From a virus: a stretch of DNA of 18,921 nt. The first letter of the stretch is position 1; each line of letters begins with the position of its first letter. Positions 13,287 to 18,921 of the stretch are shown piece by piece. Under the pieces are notes generated by a model. The model worked only from the letters and a program-made list of their open reading frames with translations, was not told the DNA's origin and did not search any database. A program made the position numbers and the translations under genes. The stretch lies in IMG/VR virus record IMGVR_UViG_3300045988_049202, positions 1 through 18,921 of that record; one strand, written 5' to 3'.

Positions 13287-14747
13287 TTATAGCATGAAAA
13301 CATGGCCGTCATCATTGAGATGATGTGACCCCGGCAGGAACTCATCATAGGGGATGGGGGCGGCACGGTGTACGCCACTCAGCCGCATGACGGTATCGCC
13401 GCCCGTTTCCACGCCGCAATATTTGCGATTGCCGAGGATGCGGAGCCTCTCATAGGTGTGGTCGTTTTTCCACGCGCCTAGTTTCCGGTCATCCGTTTCG
13501 ATTCCCATAGGCGTATCCGGCCCTTCCAGTATCATGCCGTCGGTATCGGCGTAGATCACGCGTTCGGCGTTATCGGTCATGGCGCGGGATAGTATTCGCC
13601 TTCCGTAGGCGTTGACATATGCGGCGGTCGGCAACCATGCCAGACTGTTGGCCGACTCGGGTTTGTCCACGGTAAAATCCACACCCCCGTCTACGGACGG
13701 TTTCGGATGCAACATGGGACGGTACAGCGAGGCACCGAACTTCCCTACCAGCGAGTTCAGCAACAGTTTTGCCATCTGCCTGCGTTCTCCGGTTTCTGTT
13801 TGTTTCGCGTGAAACCATTTGTCCACGTATGTGTAGTAGAGTCCGTGTGATTTGCGGAATTTCCAGCCGCCCACGTGCTCCCACACGTGGATGTCGTAGT
13901 TTTCGGTCAGCGTTTCCCAATCCACATCCGTGACCGGCATGGTGACAACGCCCAGCGTACTGTCCAGACGTTCACCCTCATACCCCCATACGGGTAGGAT
14001 ATTGGTGAGTGTCGCCGTTTTTCCCGTTTTCAATCGCGCGTCAAACGCAATGACATCGATATGGAGCGGATAGTCATTGTCATGTTGATACTTCCCGTCG
14101 TACCATATTGGTGAGCCTACCGGCATGGGCGCATCGCGCATGATGCTCGGGTAGAGGCTATTCACGTCCCAGCTTCGGCAATCCCGGTATTCTCCCGGCT
14201 TGCTGTATACTATCGCCCCATAGTAGGCGGGGCGCATACGGTGATAATCATCCCTATCCAATGGTGGAAAATGGCGCTTGAATCCGGCGTAATCCCCATC
14301 GATATAGTCGGTCATCGCCATTGAAGCTATGGTCGTGCCCTTGAGGTTCAGGGCGGTGCATTCCTGCGCGATATTCCACGTGGTCTCCAAGTCATCCGCG
14401 CCGCCGAATGTTTCACGTGAAACATTCAAACCATCGTCGCGCGTGATATTGCGCACGTCCAAAAAATCCACGGTGATACCGCCCATACGCACACGAAAAC
14501 TGTAAAAGTGGCCTCGAATGTTGAACGTGCCCCACACGCCGTCCTTGGCTGGATTCGATTGCAATGGGAGTCGTTTCAGCAATTCGGCGGCTATGGGCTT
14601 GATGTCCTGCCATCCGTGGGCGCACCATACGCGCGTGTGATAATCGAGCATGGTGAGACGGATAACGGCGTTTGCCGTCAATGGTTCCATGCCGTCATCC
14701 GTCAATAGTGTTGCGCCGTCTGTTGCCGCCGTTCGACGCTCTTTCAT
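13287..14747 (-). CDS. Protein-primed family-B DNA polymerase (phi29 gp2 family)
   Basis: 486 aa. Motif A is DVNSLYPS, motif B is KLLLNSLVGKFG, motif C is YADTDG, and KxY is RKY. DGKYQHDNDYPLHIDVI matches phi29 EGKYVWDEDYPLHIQHI. Segments corresponding to TPR1 and TPR2 are present. SD AAGGA precedes ATG 14747. Confidence 0.95.
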   Translation of the reverse strand: MKERRTAATDGATLLTDDGMEPLTANAVIRLTMLDYHTRVWCAHGWQDIKPIAAELLKRLPLQSNPAKDGVWGTFNIRGHFYSFRVRMGGITVDFLDVRNITRDDGLNVSRETFGGADDLETTWNIAQECTALNLKGTTIASMAMTDYIDGDYAGFKRHFPPLDRDDYHRMRPAYYGAIVYSKPGEYRDCRSWDVNSLYPSIMRDAPMPVGSPIWYDGKYQHDNDYPLHIDVIAFDARLKTGKTATLTNILPVWGYEGERLDSTLGVVTMPVTDVDWETLTENYDIHVWEHVGGWKFRKSHGLYYTYVDKWFHAKQTETGERRQMAKLLLNSLVGKFGASLYRPMLHPKPSVDGGVDFTVDKPESANSLAWLPTAAYVNAYGRRILSRAMTDNAERVIYADTDGMILEGPDTPMGIETDDRKLGAWKNDHTYERLRILGNRKYCGVETGGDTVMRLSGVHRAAPIPYDEFLPGSHHLNDDGHVFML

Positions 14748-14759
14748 GATTCCATCCTT

Positions 14760-15704
14760 TTAGTGTCGTGCCGCGTTGGCCATCCATTCATCGAGTCGCG
14801 TCTCTACATCACCCGCGTCCGCCTTCGTCTCCCATTTATGTGTCTTATCATTATACCATGCGGCCTCACGTACTACGGTGCTGAAATTCGTGCTGTTTAT
14901 CAACCATCGTTTTTGACGGTTCGATAGGGAGGCGAATTTTCGGGCGACATTGGCGTCGAATGCTTCAAGTTGCTGTTCGACCCTATCAAAATCCGCAACC
15001 CCCTCGTTCTCGGGAATCTTTCCAGTGCCTGCATGTAATGGCGCGCGTCCTACAAGCCCGGCGTATTCGAGTATCTCCCGTTCAAGTTTCCTCCTGCTTC
15101 CCTCTCGTATCATCATACGCGCGTGGCTCATGCCACGCTCCGACCCAAACACGTTCGCACGGTTGCGCGTGAGTTCGTCACGCGCCGAACCGCCGACCGT
15201 ATGAGTGCCCAACACATCAAACGGCGACTCTCCAGCACGTTCCATCTCTCGCATTTCACCCACGGTATAGTTGGCCATGCTCAATGCGTCGAATTGTTGG
15301 GCGCGTTTGATTTTCCGCCGTGCCTCGATACGGCGGCGCTGTTGCTGTCGTAATGTTTTTCGACGTTTTGACGGGGCGGCGGCGATTTCCGCGTCGGTAA
15401 TCAACGGACGCGCCGCCAGTTCCCTGTCAAGTTTCGTAATATGCACATCCGGGACAACCTGATACGGCTCGTTGTCCCGGGCCCTTAAGGCTTGCTGTTG
15501 TTCCCCGAATTCCTGCCCGATACGGCGTGCAACCTGTTCGAGTTGTTGGGCGCTGAGTTTCCCGAGAAACGTTTCGGTGATTTGCTTGGGGAGGTGTCCG
15601 GTGCTGTAATCCCTGACTGCTTGCTCTCGGCGTACCTGTGCCGACCTGATGGCGGCGTTGCGTTTCAGATTGTTGGCGCGTCGGTTGTTTTTACGTTTTG
15701 CCAC
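14760..15704 (-). CDS. Terminal protein candidate (gp3 analogue)
   Basis: 314 aa counted from GTG 15704, which has SD AGAGGAGG just upstream; the track ORF extension to 15782 runs through a terminator hairpin. It lies immediately upstream of the polymerase, as in phi29. The N-terminus is very basic (AKRKNNRRANNLKRNAAIRSAQVRRE) and there are further R/K-rich helices. The assignment is by synteny, size and composition only. Confidence 0.55.
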   Translation of the reverse strand: MAKRKNNRRANNLKRNAAIRSAQVRREQAVRDYSTGHLPKQITETFLGKLSAQQLEQVARRIGQEFGEQQQALRARDNEPYQVVPDVHITKLDRELAARPLITDAEIAAAPSKRRKTLRQQQRRRIEARRKIKRAQQFDALSMANYTVGEMREMERAGESPFDVLGTHTVGGSARDELTRNRANVFGSERGMSHARMMIREGSRRKLEREILEYAGLVGRAPLHAGTGKIPENEGVADFDRVEQQLEAFDANVARKFASLSNRQKRWLINSTNFSTVVREAAWYNDKTHKWETKADAGDVETRLDEWMANAARH

Positions 15705-15723
15705 GGCCCCTCCTCTTATGAGT

Positions 15724-15766
15724 GTAAAACACCCCCCGCCGTAAGGATGGAAAACGACGGGGGGTG
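15724..15766 (-). terminator. GC-rich intrinsic terminator between SSB-like and terminal-protein genes
   Basis: CACCCCCCGCCGT (15730-15742) pairs with ACGACGGGGGGTG (15754-15766): 9 bp, one mismatch, then 3 bp. On the minus strand it is followed by GUUUUAC (complement of 15724-15730). Confidence 0.6.
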
Positions 15767-15828
15767 AGTCTGGCGGCAACATCCCTATAGGGACATTACC
15801 ATGCTATCATATGACGTGGACATTCACG

Positions 15829-16266
15829 TTACTTGCGCTTGTTTTCCGACACTAGTTCGAGGTCGAAGAACTTATAACCACGGCGGCTCTTCTTCTCCAC
15901 CACCTTGAGAGCAAGCGGCGTAGTCCACGTGTCCGGCGTGCCGAAGATGGCGAACAGGTTGCCGAAAGCGTGCGCCAATGTGGGCGAGGCGGCGGAGAAG
16001 TCGCCCTCCTCCGCGTGAATGACAACACGGGTAGAGGAGTTGATTTCACCCGTCTCCTGATTAGCAACCTCGATAGCCTGAGCAAGCACGTTGGTCACAT
16101 GCAGTGGTTCATTAAGGTGTTCATCAACCTTGTCGGCGGTCTGCATGGCGTTATACAACGCCATTTTACCATCCATAGTAGTGGTATCGAAGAAATGAGA
16201 GACGGCGTTAGCACCGTTCGCCGCAAAATTGTTGCCGTTTGCTACGGTCAGTTCGTTGTCAGCCAT
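15829..16266 (-). CDS. Single-stranded DNA-binding protein candidate (phage SSB family seen in Gram-positive phages; gp5 position)
   Basis: 145 aa. The overall pattern resembles small phage SSB-family proteins as I recall them: N-terminal ...FD...G....YNA, a central V....A.EV.....GE......V.I...G..., and a C-terminal ...G.P..W..PL.L.VV....R.G..F..LEL. Position relative to TP and polymerase matches phi29 gene 5. SD AAGGAAGG precedes ATG 16266. Confidence 0.45.
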   Translation of the reverse strand: MADNELTVANGNNFAANGANAVSHFFDTTTMDGKMALYNAMQTADKVDEHLNEPLHVTNVLAQAIEVANQETGEINSSTRVVIHAEEGDFSAASPTLAHAFGNLFAIFGTPDTWTTPLALKVVEKKSRRGYKFFDLELVSENKRK

Positions 16267-16294
16267 TGTGTTGCCTTCCTTATAGGGTTAGTGA

Positions 16295-16606
16295 TTATTC
16301 TTCCTCGGAGATAATATCATCTTCAACCACGTTGCCGTTGACCGACCCCGGATAGTCGATAATGGTATCATCCCCAAACTTACAATTAGCCCAATAGATT
16401 GCCTCATCCATGCGCGTCGCCTGCGCATGATATTCGGCTGACATGGGGAGCATGTCCTTGTTAATCTTACGGGCTTTTTTCATTGCCATGTCAGCCGTGC
16501 GACACGCGCCATCCACGATCACCTCGGCGTCCACAAGTTCACCGTTTTCGCCGCGCGTAACACCGCGCACAATACTATAGTGCTTGGCTCGCTTAATATA
16601 TGCCAT
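16295..16606 (-). CDS. Double-stranded DNA-binding protein candidate (phi29 p6-like)
   Basis: 103 aa counted from ATG 16606 (SD AGGCGG). Size, the acidic C-terminal tail (VEDDIISEEE) and the position upstream of the SSB-like gene mirror phi29 p6 (about 104 aa, acidic tail). Sequence similarity is only loose. Confidence 0.35.
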   Translation of the reverse strand: MAYIKRAKHYSIVRGVTRGENGELVDAEVIVDGACRTADMAMKKARKINKDMLPMSAEYHAQATRMDEAIYWANCKFGDDTIIDYPGSVNGNVVEDDIISEEE

Positions 16607-16623
16607 AATCATACCGCCTTTTT

Positions 16624-17157
16624 TTAATGTTGCTGTTGCTGTGACATTCTTGCAATGTCCTCATCAGTATACCGTGCGTCGGTCAGATTGTCAAAACGGA
16701 GGCACGCAATTTTGATGATAGTCTGAGCGAACTCATCGCCCTCCCAAGTCCTGCACATCTCATAGCAGGTTGCGCCCTTGACGTGGCAGACCGCGCACCA
16801 CGCCACCATTGCCGGACAGTAAATAAGCCCGGACAACATTTCAACGTCCTGCGTTCGTGATAATGCGGCGTACATTGACGAATGAGGCGAAATGCTTAGA
16901 CAAATGTTCGCCGCGTGTTCGATACTGTCAGCAAACATCACCTGACCACCCTGAGGCTTATAAAAATCCTTGAGCAATGCTATAGCACGGCAAAACGTTT
17001 CCCAATCGCCCTCACCACGGTTATACTCCCGCAAGTGCAGATTACGCCGACGGCCACGAATGACACGGCGCACACGGTCATCGTCCAGCACGCCATCGTC
17101 AAACCAATTGGTAGGCGTCTCATTCGTTTTCCTAGAATTCAGGCTGTTCGTTCCCAT
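16624..17157 (-). CDS. Hypothetical early protein (177 aa, Cys-rich C-terminal half)
   Basis: I chose the start at ATG 17157 (SD GAGGGG 8 nt upstream). The longer track ORF to 17274 would overlap the 17132-17371 gene in another frame. I recognised no motifs. Confidence 0.6.
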   Translation of the reverse strand: MGTNSLNSRKTNETPTNWFDDGVLDDDRVRRVIRGRRRNLHLREYNRGEGDWETFCRAIALLKDFYKPQGGQVMFADSIEHAANICLSISPHSSMYAALSRTQDVEMLSGLIYCPAMVAWCAVCHVKGATCYEMCRTWEGDEFAQTIIKIACLRFDNLTDARYTDEDIARMSQQQQH

Positions 17158-17371
17158 ACCTATACCCCTCACGGTATCCACGTTGATAAGCATCCTCATA
17201 CATCCTATGAATATCACAGGGGAGCGTTTCACGTTCGGGCTTGCCCTCAGCGGCGTCCGATGTGCCACGCTCATACCCCTTCACAGCGGCGATATGAGCG
17301 CCCCACTCAGTCCACAGGTCAAACAGTTGTGCGCAAAGTTCCATAATACTGCTAGGCTCGGCCAATCTCAC
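17132..17371 (-). CDS. Hypothetical small early protein with YxxGYxxGY motif (start uncertain: 17371 GTG, 17365 TTG or 17344 ATG)
   Basis: The ORF is in series with its neighbours. The C-terminus carries YEDAYQRGYREGYRYG. AAGGGG lies 5 nt before TTG 17365. Confidence 0.5.
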   Translation of the reverse strand: MRLAEPSSIMELCAQLFDLWTEWGAHIAAVKGYERGTSDAAEGKPERETLPCDIHRMYEDAYQRGYREGYRYGNEQPEF

Positions 17372-17594
17372 CCCTTACCATCACGTCCGCGACATGCAAA
17401 TCAGTCGAACGCTGTTTACGCTCCGCCACACCCTGCATGTAACCCTCACGGAAACAGTCGCAATAACCGTGAGCACACGCCGCATCCTCCAATGGCCGAG
17501 CAACGTGAGCGGGGAGCGTCAAGCCAGCACGAAATCCCTGCTCATAATACGCGGTACACATCGCCGCGTCCCATGTCATCAGCGTAAAACTCAC
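17352..17594 (-). CDS. Hypothetical small early protein with Yxx G[FY]xxG motifs
   Basis: 80 aa counted from GTG 17594 (SD GGAGG 7 nt upstream). Its start overlaps the upstream stop as GTGA. It contains YYEQGFRAG and FREGYMQG. Confidence 0.55.
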   Translation of the reverse strand: MSFTLMTWDAAMCTAYYEQGFRAGLTLPAHVARPLEDAACAHGYCDCFREGYMQGVAERKQRSTDLHVADVMVRGEIGRA

Positions 17595-17830
17595 GCCTGC
17601 ACCTCCATAGTCACAGTAGGGCACCCTTTTGCCAAACACTTTGCATCATACGACACGGCACGCTTAAGCGAATCAACATCACGGTGTTTGGCGAATTCCA
17701 CGTCAATGCCGTAGGGGTCCCCTTCACCCTCCCACTGGAATGGGTCAATATTCAACCTCATACAATCCAGTTCGATAATTCCGTTATGAACGCGAGCCGA
17801 AGCGTGAATAGTGCCATCGATACACTTCAT
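17591..17830 (-). CDS. Hypothetical small early protein (79 aa)
   Basis: ATG 17830 overlaps the upstream stop as ATGA. SD AAGGGG lies 3-4 nt upstream. Confidence 0.6.
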   Translation of the reverse strand: MKCIDGTIHASARVHNGIIELDCMRLNIDPFQWEGEGDPYGIDVEFAKHRDVDSLKRAVSYDAKCLAKGCPTVTMEVQA

Positions 17831-18003
17831 AACCCCTTATGCTTCCTACAAAATCTGACAGTAATGGAGTACTCCGGTTCTCCAACCAAAGAACTCCTTA
17901 CATCAGTGAGACCCGTTCTATAGATAAAATAGTTGTCAGGCAAAAGGCTGTTAAACAGGTCTACGATATTATCGTCGTTAAAATAATCCATCTTCATTAT
18001 CAT
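17827..18003 (-). CDS. Hypothetical small early protein (58 aa), absent from the supplied ORF track
   Basis: Hand translation of the minus strand gives MIMKMDYFNDDNIVDLFNSLLPDNYFIYRTGLTDVRSSLVGEPEYSITVRFCRKHKGL. It fills an otherwise empty 170-nt gap exactly. It is joined to both neighbours by ATGA start/stop overlaps (18003-18000 and 17830-17827). Confidence 0.6.
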   Translation of the reverse strand: MIMKMDYFNDDNIVDLFNSLLPDNYFIYRTGLTDVRSSLVGEPEYSITVRFCRKHKGL

Positions 18004-18176
18004 AATTCCACAACCTTATAACGCAATTCGATACAATAATACACGCCAGCCAAATCAACACCGCCATAATACTCAACGGCCTTTATTGCGCAGTCATGGC
18101 TATTACATTCGGCTACGCATTCATATTTGCCATCACCGTAATAACGTAACACAGCGAACACTTGAACAAGTTTCAT
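18000..18176 (-). CDS. Hypothetical small early protein (58 aa, four Cys)
   Basis: I chose the start at ATG 18176 because it forms an ATGA overlap with the upstream stop (18173-18175), matching the pattern of the following genes. Confidence 0.55.
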   Translation of the reverse strand: MKLVQVFAVLRYYGDGKYECVAECNSHDCAIKAVEYYGGVDLAGVYYCIELRYKVVEL

Positions 18177-18430
18177 GCCCATTTCGCCACCACCATTTCC
18201 TTGCCATAAAAACGCTCAGGATGCTCAGAAACAAACCTCATCAAGCGATAAACAAAACCCACCATATTATCCATAGCCGAACAAACCTCACCAGTACAAG
18301 GGTCATACGTTTCAGTAAAAAACCTTACAACCACAAATCTCTTTAAACGATAACGCAAGACAAGAACCTCTCTCCCGTCCAGCTCACGTGTCTCGAAACG
18401 AACAGAAACACCAGTCATATCAACCACCAT
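18173..18430 (-). CDS. Hypothetical first early protein of the right end (85 aa)
   Basis: It follows the right-end promoter. Its SD and the first codons MVVDM lie within the degenerate ITR extension, conserved with the left-end gene (MVVEM). The exact start is uncertain (ATG 18430 or ATG 18418). Confidence 0.6.
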   Translation of the reverse strand: MVVDMTGVSVRFETRELDGREVLVLRYRLKRFVVVRFFTETYDPCTGEVCSAMDNMVGFVYRLMRFVSEHPERFYGKEMVVAKWA

Positions 18431-18458
18431 CCTTCCTTCATCCTTGGCTGATAACTAC

Positions 18459-18487
18459 ATAATACCACACCACAAAACACAACACAA
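18459..18487 (-). promoter_or_regulatory. Right-end early promoter (sigma-70 type) at the ITR boundary
   Basis: Mirror of the left promoter: -35 TTGTGT (18482-18487), 17-nt spacer, TGn, -10 TATTAT (18459-18464). ITR identity ends inside the -10 hexamer, yet both versions stay close to consensus. It heads the minus-strand early gene string. Confidence 0.5.
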
Positions 18488-18523
18488 ACAACAAACCCGG
18501 CAGGCCATCGACCTACCGGGCTT
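18473..18523 (-). terminator. Mirror copy of the ITR hairpin/T-tract in right ITR
   Basis: Exact reverse complement of 399-449. Confidence 0.45.
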
Positions 18524-18642
18524 CAACACACTCATCAAAACAATGCGGCATACACGCTTTTATTGCACCCATTGCACTTAATACACTAACAACACAACTA
18601 CATTTCTTCACTCTCCTATCCTCTAGTTTTTTGTTGATACCC
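18492..18642 (-). ncRNA. Candidate ITR-encoded small RNA, right copy
   Basis: Exact mirror of 280-430 inside the right ITR, oriented inward on the minus strand. Confidence 0.2.
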
Positions 18643-18921
18643 TCAATCTACCACACAAAAAAAAACAAGACACACCCAACAACAGAAAAAAACGACAAAA
18701 AACAGCCCACTCAAACTATAAACAAAACACACACTAAAATCATGAGACAAAACAGCAAGCAAAATTGACAACGGAAAGAAGGCGAATAAAATAGTAAACA
18801 ACAGAGATGATAACAAACGACAGAACAAGAACAGCAATGAAAAACACAGAACAGAGAACAGAGATGAAACACACAACAGAACAGTAGTGGAAAAAAGCTA
18901 ACTGGCAGGGGCCCTCCCCTC

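Larger units (their letters stand above)
18462..18921. repeat. Right inverted terminal repeat (ITR), perfect 460-bp copy
   Basis: Reverse complement of 1-460. The window ends ...CAGGGGCCCTCCCCTC, mirroring the start GAGGGGAGGGCCCCTG... Confidence 0.95.

Noticed and set aside
15766-15828. A possible internal promoter for the TP/polymerase genes (TATGAT on the minus strand near 15808)
   Set aside because: It has no acceptable -35 or TG extension. It also lies upstream of the terminator hairpin, so it would be terminated. There is not enough evidence to call it a feature.
1-18921. A search for tRNA genes, CRISPR repeats, integrase/recombinase, repressor/antirepressor or toxin-antitoxin pairs
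   Set aside because: I found no cloverleaf-like segments, no regularly spaced direct repeats, and no ORF with tyrosine/serine recombinase or HTH-repressor hallmarks. The genome looks strictly lytic and self-contained.

Overview
The window appears to be an entire 18,921-bp linear dsDNA phage genome of the phi29-like, protein-primed podovirus type. Both ends are exact inverted copies: a 460-bp perfect ITR, with degenerate homology continuing to about 507. I call 24 genes, 23 of them on the minus strand. Read right to left, the layout is as follows. First come seven small early ORFs, several joined by ATGA/GTGA overlaps; one is a 58-aa ORF missing from the supplied track. Next is a phi29-ordered replication module: p6-like DNA-binding protein, SSB-like protein, putative terminal protein, and a protein-primed family-B DNA polymerase. 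A 181-bp structured non-coding gap follows. After it comes a phi29-ordered morphogenesis module: acidic scaffold, major capsid protein with C-terminal Ig-like domains, tail-knob-like protein, gp10-like connector, lower collar, three appendage/fibre proteins (one carrying an SGNH esterase), and a CHAP plus lysozyme-like tail lysin. The string ends with a gp16-like packaging ATPase, a holin and an Amidase_2 endolysin. One small plus-strand gene sits at the left end, convergent on a shared hairpin terminator. I saw no tRNA, CRISPR array, integrase or repressor. Five points deserve follow-up. (1) The polymerase has a shortened exonuclease domain in which the ExoI Glu and ExoII Asp appear replaced by His. 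(2) There are two separate structured-RNA candidates, one between the polymerase and scaffold genes and one duplicated inside the ITRs. Either could be the packaging RNA that a gp16-type motor would be expected to need. (3) The long ITRs have a GAGGG-GAGGG terminal reiteration, an extreme T+G-only outer tract, and inward-facing early promoters. (4) Two fibre proteins share an N-terminal adaptor motif. (5) A terminator sits immediately upstream of the terminal protein/polymerase genes. All homology statements rest on motif recognition and hand alignment to remembered reference sequences, not on database searches.
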